A stretch of DNA of 61,123 nucleotides, the filler included, from Globobulimina sp. (lineage: Eukaryota), in assembly GCA_003354225.1 (NCBI GenBank). It is 15 parts of 15 records of this genome, joined end to end, with 100 filler letters (N's around TTAATTAATTAA, not from the genome) between each part and the next. Parts side by side here need not be neighbours in the genome. Positions count along the whole stretch, not along the records: positions 48,990 to 52,968 come from PIVH01001794.1; positions 53,069 to 57,046 come from PIVH01001795.1; positions 57,147 to 61,123 come from PIVH01001796.1; 12 more parts are not named here. The stretch is one strand, 5' to 3'. The position numbers and the translations under genes are program-made. Position 1 is the stretch's first letter. Every line of letters starts with the position of its first letter. Positions 48,990 through 60,647 of the stretch are shown in pieces. The notes under the pieces were generated by a model, which ran no database searches, had not been told where the DNA came from, and saw only the letters and a program-made list of their open reading frames with translations.

Positions 48990-49198
48990 TTATAATCAGA
49001 ATTGAAAAACATTAGTTGTGCCCTATTCATTGTTGATGGGAAAATAACCCCTGAATTCGAATTATTATTAATGGTATCTAAACCCTTTATCATCAATAAA
49101 CAACTGCCATCATCATACAGGCCTTTGTAAATTCCCTCCAAATCACTGACAACTAAAGAAAATAAACTAATCAGTTTCAGAATTATTAGTGTCATCAT
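48990..49198 (-). CDS. N-terminus of a secreted or membrane protein
   Basis: Signal-peptide-like MMTLIILKLISLFSLVVS; truncated by the contig edge. Confidence 0.45.
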
Positions 49199-49271
49199 TA
49201 TTACTCCAACTCATTGTCCATGGTTAAAGTATGAAAAACATCTTTTAAGTGCAGGTGACGTACAATACATA

Positions 49272-51499
49272 ATGCCAAAGAATAACGTAAAAGATGGATG
49301 GAAATCCCATTGGTTGGGTTCACAAGAGATTGTATTTGAGGCCTTTATATTGGTAGCAATATTTGTTGTTGCATTTGGTTTACGATTATTTGCCGTTATT
49401 CGATTTGAATCAATTATTCATGAATTTGATCCATGGTTTAATTTTCGATCAACACGCCATCTGGTAGAACATGGTATCTATGAATTTCATAATTGGTTTG
49501 ATAATAAAGCATGGTATCCGTTAGGCCGTTTTGTTGGAGGCACGGTATATCCCGGATTAATGTGGACGGCCTCTTTAATACACTATATAGCACACAATTT
49601 TCTTAATATCCCTCTAAATATTCGTGAATTTTGTGTATTTACTGCACCAATATTTGCTGGTTTAACTGCTATTGTTACTTATTTATTTACCAAAGAGGTT
49701 TGGTCATCAAATGCAGGTTTATTTGCTGCCTTTTTTGTATCTCTAGTGCCGGGATATGTTTCAAGGTTTGTAGTCTAACTTTTGGTTTGTAGTCTAACTT
49801 TTGTAGTGCGCACAGATCTGTTGCTGGTTCATATGATAATGAGGCAGTTGCTATATTTGCTATGATGTTAACATTTTGGTTATGGGTAAAATCAGTTAAA
49901 ACCGGTTAAGTTCTATTAAAATTTATGATTAATCCTTGCACTTAAACTGATCTGATGTGTAATTGTAATGTATATAATATTAAAATAGGCTCTGTTTTCT
50001 GGGCAACTGGGTGTGCCTTGGCATATTTTTACATGGTAGCGGCATGGGGCGGATATATCTTTATAATTAATATAATCCCCGTTCATGCTGGATTTTTATT
50101 ATTTTGCGGTAGATTCTCATCCCGTTTGTATGTATCATACTGTATATTTTATATAATTGGCTTAATCTCATCAATGCAAATACAATTCGTATCATTTAAG
50201 CCAGTGTCCTCTCCGGAACATTACTTATCCCTCATCGTGTTTGTATTATTTCAGATCTATGCATTTGGCTTATTTTTACGCAAATTATCCACTATTGAAC
50301 ATGAACGCATTTTTTTACAATTTAGCATCTTATTATTAATTGGCGTGCTATTTTTACTGAGTGTCATAGCATATTTGGGTTACATCCCTGGATTAACCAT
50401 GCGGTTTTTAGCACTCTTAGGTAGTGACAGCGCCATAGTTATTGTTAAATCCGTATCCGAACATCAACCAACCTCATGGGGCACCTATTGGTTTGATGAG
50501 CACATATTAACATTCATGACTGCAACTGGCATCTTGTTGTGTTTTTGCAAAGTATCGGATGCAAATCTCTTTGCTGTCCTCTATGGCATATTTAGTGGCT
50601 ATTTTAGTAATATTATGATCCGCTTAATGTTGGTGGTGTCGCCCGCAATGTGTGTATTGGGTGCAATTGCTGTGTCGGAATTCATTAAATCCTCATTTGA
50701 AGTTTTAATCAAAAAAATAAAGACCGGCATTGGTAGTCAAAGTAAATCAATATTTAATAAAATCATATCGCTCGCAAGCATGATAATAATAATATATTTT
50801 TTATTTTTATTCACCATTCATTGCGTATGGGTGACATCCATCGCATATTCGTCGCCTTCCATTGTGTTGCAAGCACGCGGCGGTGCCACACCTGTCATAT
50901 TTGATGATTTCCGGGAAGCGTATCAATGGTTATACCATAATACCGGTGAAGAAGACAAAGTATTGTCATGGTGGGACTATGGCTACCAATTAACGGGTAT
51001 GGGCAATAAGACTGTCATCGTGGATAATAATACAAGGAATAATACCCATATTGCCACCGTTGGATTGACCATGGCATCGCGCGAAGAAGCGGCATATCCA
51101 ATTTTAAGACGTTTAGATGTTAAATATGTGGTGGTTATATTTGGTGGAATGATTGGTTATTCATCCGATGATATAAATAAATTCTTATGGATGGTGCGGA
51201 TATCCGGTGGCGTATTCCCGAGAGTGGTTGAATCAAATTATTATAATTCGCGGGGAATGTATACTGTGGATGGTACTGTTTCTGAGACGATGAAACATTC
51301 GATCATGTATAAAATGTGTTATTATAGATTTTGTTCGGTGTCTCAAAATTGTATGGATAGAACACGTGGTGTCTCCATTGGACATAAAAATTATAAACTA
51401 AAATATTTAGAAGAGGCGTATACTACGGAACATTGGATGGTGAGAATTTATCGCGTTAAAGATATTGATACACTGTCGAGATTTTCTTATACAGTCTAA
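49272..51499 (+). CDS. STT3: Oligosaccharyltransferase catalytic subunit STT3
   Basis: [39 protein letters not shown] and DINKFLWM; introns 49766-49815 and 49905-49988. Confidence 0.98.
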
Positions 51500-51581
51500 C
51501 TTTGACTCTTAGGCTTAGCCTTACTTAACATCCTTTTAATTAACATTAACTTGTCAGAGTACAGTACCGTACCGATATAAA

Positions 51582-52968
51582 ATGGGCACTCAATCTTCCA
51601 AATCAAAACGCAAATTGAAACAAGAGATTGGAATCCTCGATCAAATATTTCATGAGATGGCGGTCCGATCGCCAGATGATACAATAGCAAAAGATACCTT
51701 TCTCAAATTCTTTGATTTGCCTGGTTTGATACATTTTTATTATTTATTTTTTTCAAGCATTCGATACAAACAACAGATTTTTAAAAGGTGTTTTAGGTGA
51801 TCGGTTATTTGAAGTATTTGATACAAAAAAAACAGGAGTTATAGATTTTGAAGAATTTATTGATGGCTTTCAAATATTTTCACGAGGTGATCCATCCAAA
51901 AAAATGGATATGTTATTTCAATTATTTGATCTCGATGGAAAAGGCGGTATCACCAAACAGGAACTATCCACTGTTTTGATGTCCATTGTAACACCGCCAA
52001 ATCAAGTGGTTAATGGTCCAAATAATAAATATAAATCACGGCGTAGTTCTGCCATTGTATCGCAAACCCCAACCCCACAATTGCTACCGCAACAAAATAG
52101 TTCTCCAAATTCTCCACAATCACCAATATCGCCAATATCTCCAAAATTAATAAACAATAATAACACGACATTACAGCCATTAGGAGGCGGAGGAGGAGGA
52201 GGAGATACTCCGGCTCTTGGTAATAATGACAGTAGTTTTATTTTAGATAAATTACAATCTTCATTTATCTCTGAAACAGAGACACAACCATTAAATATCG
52301 AAATGGTGCAGCAAAAAGTGGATCAAATTGTGAAACAGGCATTTGCTGAATGTTATGTTGATAAATCGTCTCGTTTGGATGCGCAAGAATTTCGAAATTG
52401 GATAAAAAATAAACCCGAAATTATCGATGCCTGCGAGGAATTATTTGTGCAGTTAGCATGGAATGGACCTCAAATTACATTGAGAAATAACTGTTACGTA
52501 TAATTACGTTTTTATCCTTGCACTTATAATAATAATAATAATATTATTATTTATTATTATATGCCTATACAGTCAATATGGAGAATGCAGAGAATATGTC
52601 TATGTATGATACCATTGATTTAGGATCAAATAGAAATGTTCACAGTGAATGTAGTGGCGATTGCAAGCTTCGCTTTGTATGCTCTCGTGATCAAATACCA
52701 CCGCCGCCAGAAAACAAAGAAGAGAAAGAGAGGGAATTACAGTATGATTATATAATATTAACTCATTCCACCGATACGCAACAAATATTTAATTTTTGTC
52801 CAAAATGCGGTAAGTCATTAATTCATCCATCCAATCCACCAAAGTCCAATATAGCATTGCAAGCACTCGCCAGCGCCTCGCCCAATTTATCTGTAAATAA
52901 TTCATCGGCCATGCCCATGACTGCCATGTCGCTGTCTCAGAGTATGAGAGGTATCGGCGGTGTGGACC
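51582..52968 (+). CDS. Probably myristoylated EF-hand protein (CDPK7/USP32-like N-terminus), 3' partial
   Basis: MGTQSS start; introns 51724-51787 and 52493-52572; LPGVLGDRLFEVFDTKKTGVIDFEEF and DLDGKGGITKQEL; downstream CxxC pair. Confidence 0.75.
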
Positions 52969-53068
52969 NNNNNNNNNNNNNNNNNNNNNNNNNNNNNNNN
53001 NNNNNNNNNNNNTTAATTAATTAANNNNNNNNNNNNNNNNNNNNNNNNNNNNNNNNNNNNNNNNNNNN

Positions 53069-53402
53069 AAGTTCTTGATCTATCGTTTAGATTTGAAAAG
53101 GTTGTGTTGTTTGTAAGGTTTGTATTGTCATTGATATTGTTAGCTGTGTTGATAAAATTAAGTGAGGAATCATCATTTATATTGTGATTTGTGTTAATAA
53201 TATTAAGGGTGGAATTATCTAATTTCGTCGCAATCTGATCCAAATTATCAATATTCATATCAATATCATCTTTATTTGCAACATTTGAAACTTCAATTTC
53301 TGAATCTTGTATTTCTACGCCACTGTTTTTCAAAGATTTCCATATGTCTTGAGTTTCTTGAATCAATTTGTCGAGTTCGTCATCGTTTGTGGTTGTGTCC
53401 AT
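53069..53402 (-). CDS. N-terminus of an Asn/Asp-rich hypothetical protein
   Basis: MDTTTNDDEL... open to the contig edge. Confidence 0.5.
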
Positions 53403-53466
53403 TCTCCTTTGCGCCACTAGCTGATATTTTTCAATCGTTACTGAGTAACGAAAACTGTTCAAGACA

Positions 53467-54264
53467 ATGACAGCAAATCCAGGAGAAACAGCGACTATCG
53501 ATCCAGATCAAGAATGGTGTGTTGCTAAGAATGCAAATTATAGGTCAACATCATGGTATTCGTCCGGCGATGGAAGTTTTGAAACAAAATTATCCAAAGA
53601 ATCACCATTGGATAGTTTTAGTGGATTAAATTATAACAAAATTGCAGTGAATTCCAATGAATATTATGGTCGTCACGAAGCGCCATTATTTAAATATGAA
53701 TTCGACGAAGATGAGTATTACACAAATTTAACTCCATCGAAAACAAACGAACAAGTTCAAGCTGAATTAAATGAACCTGGCGAGAAAATGGAAGCTAAAT
53801 TACAGGAATTTTTAGATAAAGGTTTGTAAAATAAATATACCATCGCAAAAACGCAACATTTTATATGGAATTTGCATATATCCATCCTTGCACTTTGTAT
53901 GTTTGTTTTAGGTGAAGATATTGTATGGACGCCAGCATTGGAATATATGTCAACAAATTGTGCAGTGCCGGTTGCGCGAGCCATACAATATGAGATAACA
54001 CCGTATTTTCAATTGAATACATTGGGATATCGCAAGAATTGGGCCAATACAAGAATTTGTGAGTATAAACCAGCAAAAAGATTGCAAACGAAATGGTATA
54101 ATGTGAACGGTGATTTCTTTTTTAGATTTCAAATGATGCGATGGAATTTAACTTCCAAAATGCGAATGAGATATTGGAAAATGATAATGGCCGCCGGTTT
54201 TGTCGGATTGATGCTCGATCATCGATATGCGAGACAATATAAACGAAAATTAAAATGGCATTAA
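53467..54264 (+). CDS. Hypothetical protein with C-terminal TM helix, possibly a mitochondrial inner-membrane subunit
   Basis: Intron 53822-53911 joins the two ORFs in frame. Ends in TM plus KRKLKWH, loosely like the C-terminus of ATP synthase subunit f. Confidence 0.55.
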
Positions 54265-54421
54265 ACTATACTGTATATGTTAGACATCTCGCTGAGACAA
54301 CAGACATATTTCCATTTAACTGTTGAATTCTCAATAATTTCTCATATCAGTCACTAAGATCAAGACCTTAAACTTTCAAAAACTTTTTTCAAGTAACGGT
54401 TAGTAACCTAGTCATCATAAA

Positions 54422-55690
54422 TCATGCAAGAGCCTTTAAAGCAAACGTGAGATATCCAGTATGTCCAAATGTCTTTCCAACAGGCCGCGATGTTACCATT
54501 TTTTCAAATGTATTATTTTCATCTTTACATTTCGACTTTGGCCGACTCCGTATTGTATGAATAGAATTGTTTGTATTCAAATCAAGTGCCGGGAATATAT
54601 GCTCCTTTATTAAAAGATCACGTTCCAACACCTCAAAAGTCCTTATATCCACAAATCCATTCATGCCTAAAACCTCACACGTTTTCTGCACCTGTTCAAT
54701 GCACGGCGAAAACGAACATATTTTGCCGTTATATTTCAAAACATTATACGCAGACTTTATAACTTTCCACGGCTTTGGCAAATCCAAAAACACGCCAGAC
54801 ACAAATTCCTTGTTCAACGCATTTAATTTTAATACCCAATCCTGTAAACTGTCCATTTTTTGCTGTGCCAACCATGAGAATTCATCAAATTTATCTGAAC
54901 CTCCAATGGAATCCGTATATTGAAATACATTTTTGTTTGCAACATCTTTTTGTTTATCCACCGATAGAATATTACTTATGAGCTGTATCAATTCTTTTTT
55001 ATTTGGGAAACCATTTTGTATCACATTTCGATGAATCACTGTAATTAAGTTATCAATTAATAAGTTTTTAAAATCAAGTCTTGCATATTCTGCACGGAAT
55101 TCATTGAATTCGAACGTGAATAATTGACCAAAGGGACTGATTACGCGTGCAAATGAGGTGGACAATGAACCGGAACCTGTGCCACTTTCAAAGATAATGT
55201 CATTTGGTTTTATTTGTAATAGAAAAGTAATCAATGATTTATCCGCATCGTATGATATTTGTGTCCGATGTAAGAGAGCCAATGTCCATAACTCACAGCT
55301 TGGACGCAATAAACATATTTCTCCATACCTTTGCATTGCAGTGCTTTTATGTTTCAATTGCGGATATTTTCTTTTTTTGCCAATGTGCTGATTTGTGTTT
55401 TTATTTTGATGATTTGATGATGTATCATTGTCACTGTTGTCATTTGATTTTTCTTCGTTTTTAGCTTTGTGTTTATGGTTTTTGCGTAGTTTTGATACAA
55501 TCCACGAACCAAATGGTATTCCAATCATATCATCGTGAGCAAAATGACCAAACTTGCAATTATAAATTTGTTTTGCTTCAAGCCGTATGGCGTGATAATG
55601 ACTCCGTGCTCCTGTCACAATGACCACATCACCATCTTTCGATAGCGTCTGGCGTTTGAAACGACGTTCTGAGCCTCCACCGTAATTCAT
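54422..55690 (-). CDS. TRM61: tRNA (adenine-58-N1)-methyltransferase catalytic subunit TRM61/GCD14
   Basis: ELWTLALLHRTQI, ESGTGSGSLS, TFEFNEFRA, VFLDLPKPW, SFSPCIEQV and GHTGYLTFA. Likely start ATG 55690. Confidence 0.95.
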   Translation of the reverse strand: MNYGGGSERRFKRQTLSKDGDVVIVTGARSHYHAIRLEAKQIYNCKFGHFAHDDMIGIPFGSWIVSKLRKNHKHKAKNEEKSNDNSDNDTSSNHQNKNTNQHIGKKRKYPQLKHKSTAMQRYGEICLLRPSCELWTLALLHRTQISYDADKSLITFLLQIKPNDIIFESGTGSGSLSTSFARVISPFGQLFTFEFNEFRAEYARLDFKNLLIDNLITVIHRNVIQNGFPNKKELIQLISNILSVDKQKDVANKNVFQYTDSIGGSDKFDEFSWLAQQKMDSLQDWVLKLNALNKEFVSGVFLDLPKPWKVIKSAYNVLKYNGKICSFSPCIEQVQKTCEVLGMNGFVDIRTFEVLERDLLIKEHIFPALDLNTNNSIHTIRSRPKSKCKDENNTFEKMVTSRPVGKTFGHTGYLTFALKALA

Positions 55691-55922
55691 GGGGTTAAAA
55701 TTAAATAATAAAATGTGCTTTTCGCGCAAAAAACCGCCAAGATCTTGTAGATAAAATTGCCGATAGAACATTAAATAAACAATGAAAATACAAAATCTAT
55801 CCTCTCCGTTTGCCTCTACCTCGCCCTCTTCGTTTGCCCTTCCCCCGGCCAGCATTTCTCCGCATATTGGATTTGCCCTTATTTTTCTTCCTGTGATTTT
55901 TGATATCTCTTTTCTGTTTTTT

Positions 55923-56581
55923 TTAGTTTTCGATGTCTTTGATTTCCTTTTGTTTGGCTTCAATCATTTCCTTTCTTTTTGCCACCATTTCTTTCTGTCG
56001 CTCGAGTCTTTTTTTCCGCGACTCCAACTTTGGGATCATTTTCCCCAAAGCAATGAGCAACGAATATCTATTTGGAATGTCATCTCTTCGCAAATTCCCA
56101 TCCGCGTCTTTCAATAATACGCGAACCCGACTTCGACAAAAAAAATCGCGCGGATGGCTCTTATTTAACTGTCACATGCAATGCAGTGCAGTGCAAGGAT
56201 TGCAATTCAATGGAAATAGAATTTAACTTCCATGTAACAGGGGAATCCCAAATATTTGCACACTTCTGCAATATCCTGCGGGTGAGGCTGCTGCACACAG
56301 TACTTTTTGCAAATTTTCCTGCCTTCTTGAAGGGTTTTCATTACATTGAGATAGCACGGATACACACATCTGTTCAGTTTAAATGCACAGTCAATGCTTA
56401 TTTGTGTCACATCATTGTGTATATACCTCCATTTTTTTGGATCCACGCCATATTTTTTTTCCAATCCATCCAAATTTTGGGTCATTCCAGGCATTCTGGC
56501 GAATTGTGGGCCTGGTCCGCCGGGAGGCATTTTAAATCCCGGAGGCATTTGGAAACCTGGAGGCATTCTTGGCATTGCCAT
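55923..56581 (-). CDS. SRP19: Signal recognition particle 19 kDa protein
   Basis: Introns 56370-56426 and 56169-56227 give KKWRCVYPCYLN...EGRKI...KSHPRDF..RSRVRVLLK. May extend to 55797 (see findings). Confidence 0.92.
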
Positions 56582-56662
56582 TTTTGTGAGGTGTGGATAT
56601 ATAGTTTAAAGTTTTGTAAATTGAACAAAAACTCAAAGATTCTAACAATATTCCATTGAAGC

Positions 56663-57046
56663 ATGGAAGCTCCAGCTCACTCCGTTGTGCCATTACAAGA
56701 ACAATCCAACCCAAGTCAAGAATCCCCACAAATCTCCCAACAGCAACCACCGCTCCAACCATTAAATCCACTCAACATAATTCCCAACAACAACAATGTT
56801 GCATCAATTGCTACCGGTACAAATAATGAAATTGAAACCTCCCAAAATGAGAAACAAACTCTAACACAAATTTTAGAATCATCAATTCAACAAATCATAA
56901 ACAACATAACTATTCCCGCAGAAGCAAAACAATTTACATTCGGATGTCAAATCATGATAATTGGCTTAAATTCGCGCAGTGAATTAAACAAGAAATTAGG
57001 TTTTGTAGTTGGTGATTTCAAACCGTATTCAAAACGGATTCCCGTT
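56663..57046 (+). CDS. Hypothetical protein N-terminus with an SH3-like GLxxxxELNxxxG module
   Basis: IMIIGLNSRSELNKKLGFVV; truncated by the contig edge. Confidence 0.5.
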
Positions 57047-57147
57047 NNNNNNNNNNNNNNNNNNNNNNNNNNNNNNNNNNNNNNNNNNNNTTAATTAATT
57101 AANNNNNNNNNNNNNNNNNNNNNNNNNNNNNNNNNNNNNNNNNNNNC

Positions 57148-60100
57148 ACTATTAACATACCAATGGAGACTGCAAATGGTAACACCGATGTTTATAAACT
57201 TTGTTGCAAAACGGAAGGGTCATTGACCGTTTCTATTCTAATCAAATATTCATTGGCAACACCTTATGCTGCAGGCGTTGAGGCTGAATTAGAAAAGGAA
57301 ATCACACCAATTTTAAATTCAATACAATATCAAATTCATAATTTTTTTACTTCATCAAAACAAATACCAATATACATTCTGTGCATGCGATGCCATCTGT
57401 TGATCCAAAAAGAATTGACGTACTATCAAACCAAAAGAGTTAAAGCAATGCATTTCTACTGCTGCTATTTTAATTTTATGCGGCAAACATATATAGAATC
57501 GCTGCTGCAATAAAATAGAAACAGTATCAAGTCAAGATATGAACAGAATGCAGTTAGAAATGGAAATATACCACAAAGAAACTGCGCATTGGACGGATAA
57601 ATTAGCACTGGAACTCTCCAATTATGACAATACTACTTCGCAAACAACACAGTTCCATCCAGTAAGCAGACACTGGGGAGGTGGCCATATTATTGTGTAC
57701 TCCATCACATCGCCAGCCACATTCGAAGAGGCGAAACAAACATATCAGCGAATATGTCGCATTTCAGATGACAAAGATGCTCCACCAGCAATATTATTAG
57801 TTGGTAACAAATGTGACTTGCGACTGGACAGACAAGTGTCCACCGACGAAGCGCAAGAATGGGCGCGCGAATTGGATATACCGTTCATAGAAACCAGCGC
57901 AAAAACAGGGATGAACCATATGCTGTGCGCTCAGGAAATGGTGCGTGAAATTGTAAGGAAGATATTCCAAGATCCAAGAGATGCTATTATGATGTTTGAA
58001 AATGGAGCAGTTCCCGAGTTCAATATGGTGATGCAAGGAGGAGGCGGTGTGGGTAAGTCAGCATTGACCATTCGTTGCATCACTGGGGAATGGATGGAAA
58101 GCTATGATCCAACAATCGAGGATTCCTATCGTGCGCAGATAATGTTTGATGGTCGGAAAGTGTTGATTGACATTTTGGACACAGCGGGCCAGGAAGAATT
58201 CTGTGCTATGCAGGATAGCTGGATCCGACAGGTTGTTACTTGTATATAGAATGTCTGGAAATTGATAAACATGCATATGTAGGTAGGTTACAGTCAAATT
58301 TCAGCAAGTTATGACAAGACAAAGCATGCTAAACAAAAAAGACTGATTGATAATATTTTTGGTGATTTGGAAAATATGTTTTATTTGTTGAGTGATTTGG
58401 TGTATTTGAGTATGAATAAAGGGCGATATTTTGCTGTTAAATTAGCTAAATTGTTGCTGGAGATATTGTTTATTTATCCATTGGTTGTTGTCATCTCTGT
58501 GTTGATGGTGTTGCCGTCGTGTTTTTTTTTATTATTTGTCCGAATGAATAAAATTGAGTCTGATACAAAACAGGTTGAAGTTCGACAGGAAATTATTGAG
58601 AGGGAAACATGTATGCAGAGATTCAATAGAATTATCAACCAATGTTTGAGGTCATTGTTCATGGTGTGTTTGTTGGTTATATTGCCCATATTTATCACAT
58701 ATGTTATAATTCCAAATGCGCGAAGTGGTGATAATGGCGTTGATATCGTAGTAATTGGTTTGTATTTATGTGTTATTTTATTGTTGCAGATATTTGGAAC
58801 GTATCGAGGTTTAAAATCGTTTGAAACAAAGAAAAAAGAGACAGTCAATGCAGAGACTGGCCATAAAACTGAATTTAAACTGCAAACTTTCAAATGGAAT
58901 TTAGGTTCAATGATTGCAGTTTTCCTGTTATTGCTGGAGTTGTTTCAAATGGCATTATTTGTATTTCATATAAGTGAGAATCAACAGCAACCAGATCTAG
59001 ACGCTATGGCTGTGATTGCACCGCAAGAAGAGCAACAACCTGTGTTTGAGATTGAAAATGAGCGATTAATTAAAATTAATAATGGATTAAAAGCGTTTTT
59101 TGAAAAGTTATCATATATTTCTTTCGATATGGCGGCGTCTATATCCTTGGCGGATTATTATATGATATTTTCAATTGTTTTTGTTGGCGCATTGTTGGCA
59201 TTCTTTATTTTTCGATTTATTTACGAATTAAGAAAATATGCAATTATGAAAAGAGGCGATAAGGATATTGCTGGATCGCGGCAATTTTATTTTTATTCAT
59301 TTGTTGGTTGTATAATTTATGGACATGGCACACTTAAAAACGTTAATAAATTCTCCGCAAAGATTATATCATTGTTGTCCGACACTTTATTTTTAGGCAT
59401 TTGCGAGAAGTTAATTTTATTACTGTTATGCAACAAATCTGATGTGGATAATAAATATTATATGATGTTAGATCCAGATATAAAATGTTGGAGTGGCAAA
59501 CATCAAATCTATGCGACATTGTCGCTCATTCTCATCGGATATGTTATGTATATATTTCCTGCAACAAATATTAAATCATTTTCTATATTAAAATATTTAG
59601 TATATCCCAATGTGCACAATGATTGCTCCAATGTTTGATGAAATTCCTGGCGAGAATGAGCAAGATGGAGATGAAGAGGACGAGGAAAAGAAAGAAGAGG
59701 AAAGCAGTAAAATAAAGCAATTATTATCATTTGACAATGATGTTGATTTTGTTCGACCATTCATCTCAACCATAACCGTCACCAAATGCTTTATGTTGAT
59801 TTTTGCAATTTTTATATTTTCAGGCGGTGTGATTGCTACAATTATCAGTGAATTTGTATCATGTTTTGCATTGATGGTATTTACGTTATATTGGAGTTTT
59901 GCTAATTTACGTTTATACGGATTGACACAAAATGAGCCTGGTTTTCCGTTCGGTATTTGTATGATTCGGGTTTTAGGATTTTTTTGTGGAATTTGTGGAT
60001 GTTTTATACAGATATTAGTGTATAATAATATTATTCATTCAAATGTAGATTTTATAGTGCTTTTTATTGCTATGGTGATGGCATCAATTATTATCGGAGT

Positions 60101-60221
60101 TGTATTTGTAAAATATTATACTAAATATAATAAATTTGACGATAATATCAATCAATATTTGGCAGTTAGTTTTGATAAAAATGAGAAACAATTAAAATTG
60201 GTAAAAAATACCACACCATAA
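57148..60221 (+). CDS. Circularly permuted Ras GTPase fused to a multi-pass membrane domain (>=968 aa, probably 5' partial)
   Basis: Exons 57148-57438, 57497-58231, 58283-59542 and 59601-60221, joined by phase-0 GT-AG introns of 58, 51 and 58 nt. Motif order [33 protein letters not shown], then ~11-12 TM helices. Confidence 0.82.
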
Positions 60222-60239
60222 AATTTTTATTTTTCTTTA

Positions 60240-60647
60240 TCATTTTTTGAAGAAAATCTTGATAATCATTGCACCGAATAAAGCCATCAAAGCTAACAAA
60301 CACGAAATAATGCAATCTGATGCACTAATATTGATCCCTATTTTTATTTCATCCAACGGATTTGATGCAATTTTCTTCAAACACACTTGTCTTTGGATTT
60401 TAAAAACTATATCGCACTCTTTTAGTATCTTTTTTTGAATTTCCATTTCTTTCTGCTGAGAATATTCATGTACAGAAATTTCAAACAGATCACCGAATGT
60501 TTGGATCCATTTCGGAATTACACCTCCGACATAACAAAGATTCACTGACAATAAATTGTTGTATCTTATCAGTGGATTTGCAATTAATTTTTCTAGTTTG
60601 CTCTTGGCAGATAGTATATCCCATAAATCACTCAATGGTATAAGCAA
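60240..60647 (-). CDS. C-terminal part of a hypothetical tail-anchored protein
   Basis: ORF ends in a hydrophobic helix plus KK; upstream exons not resolved. Confidence 0.4.
   Translation of the reverse strand: MLIPLSDLWDILSAKSKLEKLIANPLIRYNNLLSVNLCYVGGVIPKWIQTFGDLFEISVHEYSQQKEMEIQKKILKECDIVFKIQRQVCLKKIASNPLDEIKIGINISASDCIISCLLALMALFGAMIIKIFFKK

Noticed and set aside
49766-49803. 19-bp tandem duplication at the STT3 intron 1 donor
   Set aside because: A simple local duplication; splicing from the first GT restores conserved [11 protein letters not shown].
24116-55925. Stop-codon reassignment (TAA read as Gln) suggested by two in-frame TAAs
   Set aside because: ORFs over 1300 codons lack internal TAA/TAG, and conserved genes such as STT3 and WDR5 end at TAA.
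55691-55963. 91-aa N-terminal extension of TRM61 in the ORF track
   Set aside because: It overlaps the 3' end of SRP19 in another frame; ATG 55690 is the more plausible start.
3987-57146. TTAATTAATTAA recurring every ~4.08 kb as a periodic repeat or array
   Set aside because: It is an artificial linker inside N runs; the periodicity comes from size-sorted contigs. ORFs ending in X...LIN are artefacts.
57497-58249. Two ordinary tandem Ras genes instead of a permuted domain
   Set aside because: There is no G1-G3 upstream of the first half and no G4-G5 downstream of the second, and the halves share one frame with no stop or intron between them.
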